Numbered from the stretch's first letter, positions 1-16,744 are shown. The stretch is DNA of 64,000 bases from the human T2T-CHM13v2.0 reference genome, Homo sapiens (GCF_009914755.1 NC_060938.1), one strand, 5' to 3'. Numbers and translations: made by a program. Notes: a model not told the origin generated them from the sequence alone.

Positions 1-465
1 ATATAATTATTATGTATCCACAAAAATAATAAATTAAAAATTAGATTATCTGTGAAAGAGGCCATGGATGGGAAGGCCACACTGCAAATCACACCTTGGC
101 CATCCTCATCATCTAAAACCTTTCTTGGTGTCCTGTCTTGTTTGGGTTCTAGAAGAAGCCAGCTTTTCCACTCCCTCCTTGTAAGTTTTGGATTTTCTCT
201 ATTCTTTTAAAATTTTTGCTTACAAAGCCACCAATTCTCTGACCTAACCTCTTTTCTCTAGTTAATTAATGAAGGGAGCTAATAGTAGCCAACAAACTCT
301 TAATACTTGATTTTGCAATCTCTTACCCTAGAGCTGCAGGCTGAATAGGCAGGGACTCTGCCTTCCAAATGTTAACAACTGATTTATTAAGGCATGACAA
401 GGATCTGCAGTCCTCCAGCCTGACACCAGCTTCCTTGCTAACTGCTTCTCATATTCTAAGGCAAG

Positions 466-757
466 TTTTTTATTTTATTTTTTTGAGATAGAGTCTCACT
501 TTGTCACCTATGCTGGGGTGCAGTGGTATGATCTCAGCTCACTGCACCCTCTGCTTCTGCAGGCTCAGGTGATCCTTCCACCTCAGCCTCCCTGGTGGCT
601 GGGACTACAGGCATGTGCCTCCATGCTTGGCTAATTTTTAATTTTTTTTCTAGAGATGGAGTATTGCTATGTTGCCCAGGCTGATCTTGAATTACTCAGT
701 TCAAATCATCCTCTTGCCTCAGCTTCCCGAAGTGCTGGGATTACAGGCATGAGCCAC
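466..757 (-). mobile_element. AluJ
   Basis: Diverged Alu with T-rich tail. Confidence 0.9.
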
Positions 758-1061
758 ATAATATTATTTTTTGTTACAGCATCACAACTCTTCAAAGTAC
801 TGTCTGACTTATTCACATTACTCATTGAACAGAACTGGTAACAGGTCTCCATCCACATGTGATGGCACTGGGAAACACAGTCTAGCAGGAGTCAAAGGAA
901 GGAGAAAAACAGCTATGGGTGAGTTCTAGTAGTCTTTTTCAAAGATTGCTTACCTTCAATATCGACAGTGTAAAATCTAATGTTAATGAAATACTAGCAA
1001 ATGAAATCCAACCATGTATAAAAAATAATATACCCATTGAGATTTATCCCAGGTATGCAAA

Positions 1062-1432
1062 TATGATGGCTGATTTTACTTGTCAACTTGGCTAGGTCTT
1101 GGAACCCAATATTTGGTCAAACATCAGTCTGGATGTTGTGAAGGTATTTTTTTAGACAGGATTAACATTTAAGTTGTTAGACTTTAAGTAAAGCAGATCA
1201 TCCTCCAAAATGTGGGTGGGCCTCATCCAATCAGTTGAAGACTATTAAAAAAGACAGATTGAGGTCCCCTGAGGAAGATGGAATTTTGCCTCCAGAAGAT
1301 CTTTGGACTCAAGCTGGAACATCATCTCTTCCCTAGGTCAGGTTCCACACTACCGATTTGATGATTTTGGACCTGCAGGCCTCCACACCCATGTGAGCCA
1401 ATTCCTTAAAATTCTCTCTCTCTCTCTGTCTC

Positions 1433-1480
<48 letters not shown>

Positions 1481-1526
1481 ACCCTATTCTATTGGTTCTG
1501 TTAATCTGGAGAACTCTCAGTAATAG
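1062..1526 (+). mobile_element. MLT2 (ERVL) solo LTR with (CT)n(CA)n microsatellite
   Basis: Homologous to 20362-20825. Confidence 0.85.
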
Positions 1527-1993
1527 AAACAAGGCTGATTGGACATTCAAAATCAATTAATATAAGCTTTCCACCTAAAAGTCAATTAATATAATCCATC
1601 TCTTCAAAAGATTAAGAAAACTCATGTGGTCATATCAATAGATAACAAAAAAGTGTCTGACAAAATACAACTCAATTTATCATAAAAACTCTCAGCAAAC
1701 TTTGAATAAAGGGGAATACTCTCAAATTTATAAAGGACATCTACAAAAAACCTACTGCTAACATTGTACTTCGTGGTGAGAAGCAACAGGTGAGTAGGTC
1801 CCCTTACCAGTCCCAATTAACACCATGCTGGAAGTCTTAGCTAATGCATTAAAACATGAAAAGCAAGTATAAGATATACAGATTGGAGGAGAAGAAATGA
1901 AGCTGCGTTTGTCATCAGATGACATGATATCTCTGCAGAAAATCCCAAATAATCGACAAAAAACCTCCTGGAACTAATAAGTGATTATAGCAA

Positions 1994-2419
1994 TGATATA
2001 GTTTGGGTATTTGTTCCTACCCAAATCTCATGTTGAAATGTAATCCCCAATGCTGGAGGTGGGGCCTGCTGGGAGGTGTTTAAATCATGGGGGCAGATCC
2101 TCATGAATGGTTTGTGCCAGCCCTTTGGTGATGAGTGAGCTCTCGCTCAGAGTTCAGACGAGATCTAGTCGTTAGAAGTGTGTGCCACCTCCCCCTCCAC
2201 AGAGTCTCTTTCTTGCTTCTGCTTCGGCCATGTGATATGGCTTCTCTCCCTTTGCTGTTTGCCATGATTGGAAGCTTCCTGAGGCCTCCCCAGAAGCAGA
2301 GGCTGCCATGCTTTCTGTACAGCCTGTAGAACCGTGAGCCAATTAAACCTCTTTTAAAAAAAAAAAAAATTACCCAACCTCAAGTATTTCTTTATAGCAA
2401 CGCAAGAATGGCCTAAAAG
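1994..2419 (+). mobile_element. MSTB-type solo LTR
   Basis: tgatatagtttgg...ccaaatctcatgttgaaatgtaatcccc...tttctttatagcaa. Confidence 0.88.
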
Positions 2420-3045
2420 CAAATTTGAAGGACGTTAAGTTTAATGGGCAAAAGCCATTTTTTCCCTATATACCAGCAATGAACAATTGGGATTTAAAGT
2501 GGAAAACCGAATACCATTTAAATTAGCACCAGAAACTGAAATACTTGGGTATAAATCTAATAAAACATATACAAGATATATACTAGGAAAACTATAAAAC
2601 TGTGATAAAAGAAATGAAAGAAGATCTAAATCAGTCGAGAGATATTCCACGTTCATGAAAAGAAAAACAATATTCTTAAGATGTCAGTTCTTCCCAACTT
2701 TATATATAGATTTAACACAATCCTAATCAAATTCCCACCACATTATTTTATGGATGTTGGCAAACTGATTCTACAGTTTATATGGGAAGGGAAAGTACTC
2801 AGAAGAGACAACACAATATTGAAGAAGAACAAAGTTAGAGGACTGACTCTTCCCAACTTTTATGCAAGACTTACTGTGAAGCCACAATAATCAGGAGTGT
2901 GGAATTGGTGAAAGGATAGACAAATAAATCCATAGAACAAAACTTTCTGATAATAGACGCCCATAAACATAGTCAACTGATCTTCAACAAAGGAGCAAAG
3001 GCAGTTCAATGGAGAAAGCGTCATCTTTTCACTACATGGCACCAA

Positions 3046-3079
<34 letters not shown>

Positions 3080-3955
3080 ATCTAGACACAGGCCTTATGC
3101 TTTTCACAAAAATCAACTCAAAGTGGATCATAGGCCCAAATGTAAAGCCTAAAACTATGAAATTTTAGAAGATAACAGGAGAAAATCCAGATGATCTTGG
3201 GCTTGGCAATGAGTTTTTAGATATAACACAAAAATCACAATTTGTATAAAAAGAAAAATTAGTTAACTGAGCTTTATTAAAATGAAAAAATGTCTACATG
3301 TGAAAGACATTGTCAAGAGAATGAAAAAGGCAGGCCACAGACTGGGAGGAGAAAATATATATCTGATAAAAGACTTGTATCTAAAACACTTAAAGAACCA
3401 TTATTAAATTTAAACAATAAGAAAACAAGCAACCCAATTAAAACATGGGCAAAAGATCTGAACAGACACCTCACCAAAGAAGGCTTGCGGATGGCAAATA
3501 AGCACATGAAAATATGCTCCACGTGGTGTGCCATTGGGATGGCAAATGAAAACAACAATGAGCTACCACGACCAGCTACTAGAATGGAGAAAATCCCAAA
3601 GAAAACAAATGAAACAAAAAGCTCTCAACGCCAAATGCTGTGGAGGATGTGAGGCATAAAGAACTCTCTTTCATTGCTGGTGGGAATACAAATGGTGCAG
3701 CCACTTTGGAAGACAGTTTGACAGTTTTAAAAGCTAAATCTTATCTTACCATACAATCACACTCCTAGGTATTTATTCAAATGAGTTGAAAACTTATGTC
3801 CACACAAAAATCTGCACGTGAGCTTTTATAGCAGCTTTCCTCGCAATTGCCAAACTTGGAAGTAACTAAGATACCATTCACAGGTGAATGGTTCAGTTAA
3901 CCGTGGTACATCCGGACAGTGGAATATTATTCAGCAATAAAAAGTGAGCTATCAA

Positions 3956-4253
3956 GGGCAGGCATGGTGGCTCACACTGTGATCCCAGCACTTTGGGAGG
4001 TTGAGACAGGAGGATCACTTGAGCCCAAGAGTTCTAGATCAGCCTGGGCAATATAGCCAGATACCATCTCTATGAAAAATTAAAAAATGAGCATGATGGT
4101 GGTGCCTGTAATCCCAGCTGTGTTGGAGGCTAAGGCAAGAGGATCGCTTGAGCCTGGGAGGCTGAAGCTATAGTGAAATATGATTGCACCACTGCACTCC
4201 AGCCTGGGTGACAGAGGAAGACCCTATCAAAAACAAAAAACAAAAACAAAAAA
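3956..4253 (+). mobile_element. AluJ
   Basis: Diverged Alu dimer with A-rich tail. Confidence 0.9.
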
Positions 4254-4938
4254 CTATTAAACCACAGAACGCATGGAGGAATCTTAAATACATATTGCTA
4301 AGTGAAAGCAGCCAGTTGGAGAAGGCTAAATAATGTACGTTTCCAAACTATATATTTGGAAAGGCAAAACTACAGAGAGAGTAGAAAGATCAGCAGTTGC
4401 CAGGGTTTGGGGTGAGGGGTGAGGAATGAATAGTGAAATATAGGGGATACTATTCTGCATAACACTGCCATGGTGGATACGTGACATTGCACATTTGTCA
4501 AAACTCATGAACTATACAACACAAGTAGTGAACCCTAAGGTAAACTACGGATTTCAGTTAATGATAATGTATCAATATCGACTCATCATTTGTAACAAAT
4601 GTGCCATACAGATGCACAATGACAGTAGGTGACACTGTATATGTATAGAGAGGCGCTGGGTATGTAAAAAGTCTATGGACTTTTTGTTCAATTTGTTTGC
4701 AAACCTAGCGCTGTTCTAAAAAGAGAAAATCAATTAATTAAACAAAGAAATAAACAAAAAAATCATTATGCTACACAGAAAAATGAAAGCAGAACCACGG
4801 ACAGCAGCTTGGACACCACGTGTCTGACCAAGGCAGCACCATGGACAGCAGCCGACAGTCCTGGGGCGTTCCTAAAAGACAAATGTGGAACAGTGGTTGA
4901 CTTATGTTGTCAAGGTGGCATCAGGGACAGGAAAATAG

Positions 4939-5253
<315 letters not shown>

Positions 5254-5288
5254 TACTTAGGGGAGTTTTTAGATTAAGAAAGCATTCT

Positions 5289-5520
5289 GGGCCCGGTGGG
5301 GTGGCTTACGCCTGTAATCCCAGCACTTTGGGAGGCCAAGATGGGCGGATTGCTTGAGCACAGGAGTTCGAGACTAGCCTGGGCAACATGGCAAAACCCA
5401 GTCTCTACAAATAAATGAAAAAAACAAAAAAGAAAAAAAATTAGCTGGGCATGTTGGCATGCACCTGTAGTCCCAGTTACTTGGGGGGCTGAGGTCGGAG
5501 GATCATTCGTACTTGGAGGC
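5289..5520 (+). mobile_element. Truncated AluJ
   Basis: Left arm and part of right arm. Confidence 0.85.
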
Positions 5521-5744
5521 TGTGAATCTATGTCTTAATGATTATGGTTCAACTTCTTAATTTTTGCCAACATCATTTTGCTAACATGATTTCTTGAATA
5601 TTCTTCTCTTGATTTGACTTTTTTTCTGATTGCTAGTGAAGCTGACACCTTCTAAACTGTTTATTGGCCTTATGTATTTTTTTTATTCTCTGAAATACCT
5701 GTTCGTGTCTTTTGGTCTTTATTTTACTTGATTGATTGGTTGAT

Positions 5745-5940
5745 TGATTGAGACAGGGTCTGACTCTGTCTCCCAGGCTGGAGTGCAGTGGCACAATCAT
5801 GGCTGACTGCAGCCTCGACCTCCTGGGGTCAAGCGATCCTCCCACCTCAGCTTCCCAAGTAGCTAGGACTATAGGTGTGTGCCACCATGCCCAGCTAATT
5901 TTTGTATTTTTTGTAGAGATGGGGTTTTGCCATGTTGCCT
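5745..5940 (-). mobile_element. Partial AluJ
   Basis: Right arm and linker only. Confidence 0.85.
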
Positions 5941-7143
5941 AAGCTGTTGGCCTTTATTTTCTATTGGGATATTTATCCTTTTCTTCTTTATTTGTAGGAG
6001 TTTACACATTTTTGATAATATTCCTTTGTTAAGTTTAGGTGTTGCATATGTATTTTCCCGGGTTGTGACTTGTCTTTCACTTTCTTTATCTTTTGATGGA
6101 CATGACTTTTTAATTTTTGTATAGTTAAATTTACCAATAAGTCTTTTACAGTTTGTGTCTTGTCTAAAACACCTTGAGATTTGGTTTTGTGGGCAGCAAC
6201 AGCCCTCCTGTTACCTAACCTGGCTTACTGCACTATCCCTAGTGGTTCTCTTACATCTCACTTGCACTTTTGTAAATAACCCTTTGTAAATAACTTCTCC
6301 TGGCATTATGATAATGGGACATAGATAGAAAGTGTTACAGTGTTGGGGGATGTGCTCCTTATGTAATTTCTCTGGCCTTTGAGAAAGACAGGATCATAAG
6401 AATGGTGGAATAGTTTGGTTGTTGTTTAGTGAAATTGAATCACTGAAGAAATATAACAACAGGCTCAGTTGAACCCCTTTCAACTCAGGAAATGGTGCAA
6501 ATTTCAGAAAACCTTCATCACAGCATTAGAAAAAACTCCATCTCCTGCAGCTGGAGAAGAAACTACTGAAAATTGGGCCCAGAACCTGATTGTAAGAGTA
6601 GTGGGATTACAAAGAAGGCTGAATCCAGGAGCTCAAAGTTCTCTTCCACTAAGGAAAGCACCCCAATAATGAAGGAGTGGGACCTCAAGACCTGGAATAA
6701 GGACATTTTTGTTGGGGTCTGTAATTCTGCAGAAAATGGAGGTTTGGATCATCCCACCAGGCATAGAGCATAGCCCAGCAGAAGTTCTTGCCATGGTCAA
6801 GGGAAACCCTTAGAAACCTATCTCCAAAAGGGAGATGACAAAGGCCAATGAAGGCCTCGGGATCAGTTGCAACAGCAGAATCTGTAGTTGTTCCATGAAC
6901 CCAGATAATGAATTGAGGGACCAGAATACCATAGAAGCCTCCCTATTCTCTTCACTCCTCACCTGTTAGAGTGAGTGTTTACAGGGATCAGTGGGTAAGG
7001 GTAATTCTGGCCCAAGCCCATCTCAAAATGGGTTCATTTTCAGAGGAAATAATAGGAAGTGGTGACATCACTGTGGGGTGCAAGTGCACCTTAGACATGC
7101 GAGGGGTGACTGTAGTGGATGCTGTTTGTGCCTTCTGTGTTCC

Positions 7144-7846
<703 letters not shown>

Positions 7847-8189
7847 ACGACACCTGAAACTTTTTGTCTGATTGCTTCCTGTGGCTTCCAGAGCCTAAAT
7901 GAATACAGAACAGAAGTGCCAGGAATTAGTACTCATTGGAGCAGCTCTTAACCCATGGCTGATGGGAGCTTGTGTGTGTAAATGCCTGAGGTCACTTGTC
8001 CCTGGTGATAATTCTAAGGCATATATTCTACAACGATAATCAAAATTCCCCAGAGGTGTTAGACTCTAGTTAATTGTCATGGTAACATGCTTGATAAAAC
8101 ACTTTCCAGAAAACTAAATAGGGATAATATTCTATACCTCAGTACTTCCACTCCTGTGCATATTTCATAGAGAAACTCTCCCACTAGTA

Positions 8190-8575
8190 TCCATCTTAGT
8201 GTGGGCTGTCCTGACAAAAATACCATAGACTGGGTGGCTTAAACAACAAAAATTTAGTTTTCTTTGTTCTGGAGGTTGGAAGTCCAGAATCTGGGTGCCA
8301 GCGTGGCTGGGTTCTGATGAGGGCTGTCTTCCTGGCTTGAAGATGGCCACCTTCTCATGGTGCATTCACATGGCAGAGAGAGTGAGGCTCTTCCGTTTCT
8401 TCCTCTTCCTATGAGGACCACCCTCATGACCACCACCACCGTGGGGGCCCACCCTCCTGACTTCATCAAAAACTAATCACTTCCCAAAGGCCCCATCTCC
8501 AAATCCATCACATTGAGGATTAGGGCTTCCATATATGAATTTGGGGAGAGGTGAGGACATATTCAGCCTATAACA
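8190..8575 (-). mobile_element. MLT1A-type solo LTR
   Basis: aaaataccatagactgggtggcttaaacaac...attcagcctataaca. Confidence 0.85.
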
Positions 8576-8856
8576 GGATCTCAACAGACAGGAACAAGAA
8601 TGCAATAGTAAGGCAGCTAATAATAGAAAAATTTTGAAACAATTATCCAAGGAAAATAAATTCTGGAAACCTATACAGCAGTAAAAGTGAATAAATTACA
8701 ACTCCCCACAACAACATAGATGAATCTTGGAAACAAGATGTAAAAAAATTGGTAAAAAATGCCAATGCAGACAACTGCATATAGTATGATATAATTTTAC
8801 ATAGCTCAAGGGCAAACAGAATCAGACAAGTTCAGATATACATACATATTTGATAA

Positions 8857-9148
<292 letters not shown>

Positions 9149-9400
9149 ATATTTGATAAATTTTTTTTATGGAAAGGGAGGGAATGATGCATACAAAATA
9201 AAGAGTGTGGCTAACTCTGATCAAGAGACAAAAGGATACATAAAAGAAGGAAACACAGAGGCAAATAAATGATGATCTAGTTTCAGGTCAGGATATTGGT
9301 ATTGGATAAGGTCTCAGATTTGCTGATGGGAATGTGAATTGGTGCCATGACTTTGGAGGATGACATGGCATTTTCTTGTTAATTTGAACATTTGTACACC

Positions 9401-9868
9401 TGTGGCAATAGTTTTTGGTGCACTCCAGGTGCCTTGGGCCTTTACACTTTAGTGTATACTGGTGTAACCTCAAGCTGCTAGCATCTGCATCTTCTTGCCT
9501 GAGGGTTTTCTCTGGTAGTCAGGGTTTCTGTGCACAACAGGCCTGAAGTTGCACAGGATTTTGCTCTGCACAAACTGCCATCAACCAATGACTAATAAGT
9601 TAGCATATAAATACCCCAAACTCCCTTGCTGCTGGTGTGTGTTGGGGGGACGTACTGAGAAGGTGTTTGTTTGACACTGGCTTCCTGAGGGCCCTGGTGA
9701 ATTTCAGTTACAGTTATTTCCATGGTAACATGCTTATTAGTGCACTTTTTATTGGCTTCCTTTCATCCCCAACTCTTCCACCAGTGTTTCCTGGCATCAC
9801 CTCTCAAACAAACTGTCCACTTAAAATATTCTCTCAAGATCAGCTTCTGGGGATCCCTGACACCAACA
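9401..9868 (+). mobile_element. LTR16-like ERVL LTR
   Basis: ...tttcctggcatcacctctcaaacaaact...gatcagcttctgggg, followed by internal-like agtggtcctaggaggcag. Confidence 0.5.
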
Positions 9869-10479
9869 AAAGTGGTCCTAGGAGGCAGATTCTTGGAACA
9901 CTATTCTGAAATTGGATACATGTCCAACAAGAATGCAGTTAGAGCCTCCTGTTTAGTGTTATGTGGGATGATGATAAACCTTTGCATGTTGTAGCCCCAC
10001 AATTTCTAAGACTTTCATCTGTAGTGAATTGGTTGGGTATCAGCTCTATCTGACCCATGACCAGGAGGTAAGGGACTCCTTCAAGCGTCCATGGCTCTCT
10101 GTATATGTTCTTTTTGCTATGTTCATAGCTTTCACTGTTTCTTTTCCCCTGTGTACACTCTCTATGGTCATGAGAAAAAGTTGGTGACTCCATAATCTTT
10201 AGCAGCCCTCTTGTTGCCATGACAACAAAGTGCTACTGCATCTTGACCTGCCCATGCCTTTTTCTCTCCTTGTACTTTGGATGCACTCCTGTCAGTGACA
10301 GTCTGAGACATCATGGTGCCACCACATGTCATGTATGGCTGCCCCATTTCCTGCGGGCAATGAATTATGCCTGTGGTCCTCAAATATGTGAGACAACTTC
10401 CCAGAAGCCCGTTCTGAAGGCCAGTTTCCTGAGGTCATTTCTGTGATGAATTACTTTATCGGTTGCAGTCCCAACGGAA

Positions 10480-12980
10480 CTCAGATTACACTGGCTTCAT
10501 ACAGTAGCTTACAGGGCATGGACTCTTCTTCAGATCCCTGGAAGAGTTTGTCTAAGAGTGTTGATATTTCCCTAAATATTGATCAGAAATCCCCTATGAA
10601 ATCATGTCTGGTTCACAGTTTTCTCTGGGGTAAGGTTATAAATTGTAGATTAAACTTTTTAAATACTTACATTTATCCAGTTAGATTTCATCCAATTGTT
10701 CACACTTAGTAGCTTAAAGCTTTCCCAAATATTCTTTTTTACATTTTAAACATCCGCAGGATGTGTGTGTCGTCCCTTTTTATTTCTGACATTAGTTATT
10801 TGCATTTTCTCTTTTCTTCCCCAACAAGTGTTATCAGAGATTTATCAATTTTGTTAATTCACTTGGTTGATCATTTCTTTGCTTTATTATCCTCAGTTCA
10901 ATCATTTTCTTATATTATTTTAATGATCTCTTTCCTTCTATTTTCAGTTGGTTTTACATTCTTTTTTAACTTCTTCGGGTGAATTTTTAGTTCATCAACT
11001 TTCAGGATTTTATCTTTCATAATACATGCTTCTAAGGCTATAAGTTTTCCTCTAAGCACTGTTTAGGCTGCATCTCACCATGTTTTGATATGTAGTATTT
11101 CCCTTATTATTCAGTTAAAAATATTTTAAACTTTTTAAAATTTTAATGTTTCCATTATGATTTCTTCTTTAGCTTCAGGGTTATTTAGCAGTTTTTATCT
11201 TATTTTCCAAGCATATGTGTATTTTAACTTACCTCTTTGTTATTTATTTCTGACTTAGCACTGTGATCACATCATAACTAAATACTTTTAGCCTTTCAAA
11301 ATGTGTTAAATCTTCCTTTGTGGTCATAAATGGTATAATGTGTGAATATTCCACCTGGCTCAAAATGAAGGTGCATTCTGTAGCTGCTCTTTCTAAGGTC
11401 TGTATATGCCTAGTAGATCAAATTTATTGATCATATTGTTCAAATTAAGCTCATTTTCCTTATCTTTTTTCTGCTCTTTAGTTGGGAGAATTTTAATTGG
11501 CCTACCTTCAAGTTCACTGATTCTTCTACCTGCTCAAGTTTCCTCTTGAACCTGTAGTGAGTTTTTCACTTTAGTTACAGTACTTTGCATTTCAAGAATT
11601 CTATTTGGCGCTATTTTATAATTTCTATCTCTTTACTGATAATCACTAGTTCTGAGGCATTGTTCTCCTGGTTTCCTTTAGCTCTTTGAGAATATTTAAG
11701 ACCGTTGATTTAAGGCCTTTTTCTAGTAAGTTCACAGCCTGGGCTTCCTCAGGGGAAGTTTCCGTTAATTTACCTTTTCCTGTGAAAGGGTCATATTTCT
11801 TGTTTTTCTGCATGTCTCATACTTCTTTGTTAAAAACTGGAAAATTTGAATAAATATTATAATATGGGAAACTAGATTCTTTCTTCTCCCTAGGGTTTGT
11901 TATTGCTGCTTGTTTTGTGTTATAGTTGTTTAGTGACTTGTCTAAACTACTTTTGTGAAGACTTTTGTCATATGTGGCCACTGAAATCTTTGTTATGTTA
12001 GTTTAGTGGTCAGCTAGTGTTTTCACAGATCTTCTTAAATTTCTTAAGCCAAAAGAAGAAAGAAAGAAAGAAAGAGGAAGAAGACCCTCCTGTTCTTTGC
12101 AGGCTGGCTCTGGGTTAGAGCACTGCTGCAACACTTAACCAGGTCATTTACAACTCTGCCTTAGCCTTTACTTCCTGCTCATGTGAAGCCTAATGACCAG
12201 CCAGAGGTAAAAGCTTAGGGTCTTCTCAGGTCTTATCTGAGCATACATCTAGAAATACATGTGGCTGTTTGAATTCCTTAGTATATGTGGGAGTTTTTTA
12301 AAGTTCTCATTTCCCCACGTTTCCTTCCTTAGCCTTTTTCTTCCTAGGCGTTTTAGCCTGTCTACTGTTTTCCCTTTCTATTATCTGTTGACCTAGATGG
12401 TTGTGACAAGTATATACCTTTAAATACTTTCCATGTATGCTGCCCAGGAGGCTGTTCCATCCTGTAGAGAATTCTGTGTGTGTTTGTTGGGGGTAGGACA
12501 CAGGGGAGGAAGGGCAGGAGCAGGGTGAGCAAAACAAAGGCAAGATCCTGAGCTGATCCCTCAGAGAGCTGTCAGATAGGTTGAGATTCGCAAGCACAAT
12601 TCTTTGATGACAACGGCTTTTTTATTCCCTCTGGCACCAGCAAACCACACCGGGAAGATGGGCTGCTGTTGCCCTGGCTACTTCTGAGCTGGAAAATGAG
12701 GGCTTTATAGGCAGGTAAGAAAATTCCACAATTCTCTCTTACCCAAATTTAGCAGTTTCTTTCTTCATTAAGCACCCTTTGTTTTAAGTTTTTGGTTATA
12801 TTCTAGAGTTATGAAAAAATGAATTCTGTCAGTTTTTTGCCAGCTTAATTGTTGCTTTCGTGAAGGGACACATTTTTGGAGCTGCCATTTTCAGTGACAT
12901 TACTCCCAGCCCATTTACATTTAATGTAAATACTGATATATTTGAGCCTAAATCTCCTATCTAGCAATGTGGTTTTAAAA
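10480..12980 (-). mobile_element. Old L1M fragments
   Basis: T-rich antisense L1-like motifs such as ttttcctctaagcactg. Confidence 0.65.
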
Positions 12981-13010
12981 TTAATATAATTTCTAATTGA
13001 CAAATCATAA

Positions 13011-13394
<384 letters not shown>

Positions 13395-14321
13395 TAATTA
13401 ATATATCTGTTACCTCATTTACTTATTTTTTTGTGGAGAGACCCTTTCAATTTACTCTCTTAGTTATCTCAAAATATACATTATTACTGAATATAGTCAC
13501 TCTGTCATGCAATAGATCTCAGAACTTATTCCTCCTGTCTACCTGAGACTTTGTACCCTTTGACCAACCACGCTCCATTCTCTCCCTCTCTGCCTCTAGC
13601 CTCTGGTAACCACCATTCTAATATCTACTTTTATGAGCTCAACTCTTTTAAGATTCCACAAATAAGTGAGATAATGCTGTCCTTGTTGGTCTTCTTTTAT
13701 CCCTTTTTCCTTGCTTCCCTTTGGATGGACTTTCTTACAGTTGCATTTTTTTCTATTAGTTAAATTTATCAAGAAATTTGTCACTAATTCTTTGATCTTC
13801 TTTTCAGATATGATGATGCAGTGTTATTAGCCCTTCATTACTTATATGTTATTGCTATGCATCTGAATTGTTTTAATTTTCTATCCTCACTATCCATCAC
13901 ATCATCATTGTTATTAGTTAATAACTCTTAAAATGTACTCACCTGTGTACTTTACACTCTTAAATTCTTTTTTTCATCTCTGAGGCTTCCTCTGGGATCA
14001 TTTTCCTTCTTTCTTAAACCTATCTTTAAGCAGTTCCTTTAGTGTGTGTCTTCTGGCAACAAATATTCTGTTTTGTCTGAAAATATTTCTTTAGCTTCAG
14101 CCAAAAATTGGAAGTTGCAAGAAAAGTACAAACAATTTTTATCTGAATCATTCAAGAGAGTATTTTTTTGACCTGACACCTCCTCCTTCATGAATATTTT
14201 AGTGTGTTTTCTACAAATCAGGACAACTCCTATATAATGGCTATTTATGTTAGAAACCATGAATTCAAACTTACGGATCAAATTCCAATCCAGTACCATA
14301 GGATTCATTCCAGTTTCTCCC

Positions 14322-14820
14322 TGTAGTCTGTTCTTGAACTGCTATAAAGAAATACCTGAGGCTGGGTAATTTATAAGGAAAAGAGGTTTAATTGACTCAC
14401 GGTTCTGCAGGCTGTCCGGGAAGCATAGTGGCTTCTGCTTGGCTTCTGGGGAGGCCTCAGGAACTTAAAATCATGGTGGAAGGTGAAGGTGAAGGGAAGC
14501 AGGCATGTCTTACATTCCCGGAGCAGGAGAAAAGGAGACCAGGGAGGTGCCACGTGCTTTTAAACAGCCAGATCTCGGGAGGACTCTATAAGGAAAACAG
14601 CACTAGGGGGATGGTGCTAAACCATTCATGAGAACCCACCCCCGTGATCCAACCACCTCCCACCAGGCCCCACCTCCAACACCGGGGATTACAATTCGAC
14701 ATGAGATTTGGGTGGGGACACAGATCCAAACCCAATTCGACATGAGATTTGGGTGGGGACACAGATTGAAACCCAATTCGACATGAGATTTGGGTGGGGA
14801 CACAGATCCAAACCATATCA
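14322..14820 (-). mobile_element. MSTA-type solo LTR with 5-bp TSD ctccc and an internal 3x41-bp repeat
   Basis: ctgctataaagaaatacctgaggctgggtaatttata...caaaccatatca. Confidence 0.9.
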
Positions 14821-16175
14821 CTCCCTTTTGGTATTTGGAACTGCCTTCTCTCTTTTCTATTCTTTTCGGTGTATTTACTTACTTGACCAATCCCCTTGTG
14901 TGACCAACCTGCCCTCTCTGCCAGTACTCCCTTCCCCTCTGCCATTCTGGCTCCCCCTCCATTCTAGTGTGCACTCCTCCCCATCTGGAACCCTTCTCAC
15001 CCCACTTAAGATCTGACTTTCTATATCAGGCTGCCCACCTCTGCTCATGTGGGTGCTCCGAGCCTGGACTCCACACTGGCTTCCCGCTCTGGGCCCCTGC
15101 ATCTCTCCTCCTACCCCCACCATGCAGACACCCCCCAACCCTTGATCTGCCCACCGAACAGCTTTGAGTCCAAACTGCTCTTCTCAGGAAGAGAAAGTAT
15201 ACTGGGTTGAATAGAGTCACCCCCAAATTTATGTCCACCAAGAACTTGAGAATGTGGCCTTATTTGGAAAGAGGGACTTGGCAGATATAATCACGATAAC
15301 ATGAGGCCACTCTACAGTAGAGTGGGTCCTAGATCCACTATGGCCAGTGCCATTATAAGAAGAGAAACATTTAGACACAGATACAGGGAGAACACTGCAT
15401 GAAGACAGAGGCAGAGGCTGGAGCGATGCGTCTGCAGGCCCGGGAACACCCAGGGCAGTCGGCAACCACAGGAGCTGGAAGAGTCACATCTGGTGCTGCA
15501 CTAAGTCCTTTGCATATGTCATCTCATATAATTTCCAGAAAAACATGGTGAGCTAGATATTATCAAGATTCTAATGATAAAAACATTGATGATCACGGGA
15601 CACAAAAGATAAGGGAGCAATTAGTAGAATTGGGATTAGAATCCAGATATGCTTGACCACAAAATAAATACTATTTTTCTGTAATACGCTGATATCTATG
15701 AGTGTATATTGGGTACTGGCTTTAAAGTTGATGGATCCTTTTATATACACCATTTAAAGTGATCTTCCTAATGATGTTGGCATAAACACAGTATTATTAT
15801 TATTGTTTACTGATGAAAAAACTGATGCTGGAGAAAAACAAGTTTGTCTAAGCTCAAAACTCAAATCATGTGTTTCAGAGACGAGACTGTCAACCACGTA
15901 TCTCAGTGTCCAGTCATCCAGTGGTCTTCCCACCACATCAGGTATGAAGAAGCCTCTGTCTCTTTGAATATTATCTGTAACGCTGCTCTTGTGTTTATTT
16001 ATTGAGTATGAGCACCTTAAATTTCCCTTGAGAATATGCACATATCTTACCTGAATTGTGTAATGTTCCCAAAGACAACAGATTTTCCTCTCTTAGGTCA
16101 CATGGAGCCAAACTACTCCACAGTGCCTTGTTTGGCACGTTCCAGAGCTTCTCGAAGCCGGTCGTTTGTGAATCA

Positions 16176-16494
<319 letters not shown>

Positions 16495-16744
16495 GATCCT
16501 CTATGTCTCTCCACCTGCACGCATTGCTGGTTGTATGTCCAAACCCCACTGTCAGAAGGAGGAATTAACTGCTGACTGTATCAGCATGCCTATGTCCTAT
16601 TTGTAAATTATTAGATCCACCAAGATGAATACAAAACAAGCAACATTGTACTTTTAAATCTGTAAGCTACGCATAAGAGGCAAATAAGAAAAATGCATAT
16701 AGGATTATTTAGACATTTTTAGAAGCACAAAGAACATTTTTTAA

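Larger units (their letters stand above)
950..4755 (+). mobile_element. L1MC-type LINE (decayed ORF2 and 3' UTR) interrupted by MLT2, MST and Alu
   Basis: ORF2-like peptides at 2681-2890 and 3290-3652; L1MC-like 3' end gaaccctaaggtaaactacgga. Confidence 0.85.

Noticed and set aside
6180-7140. Possible ERVL LTR and internal remnants
   Set aside because: Too decayed to assign family or boundaries by eye
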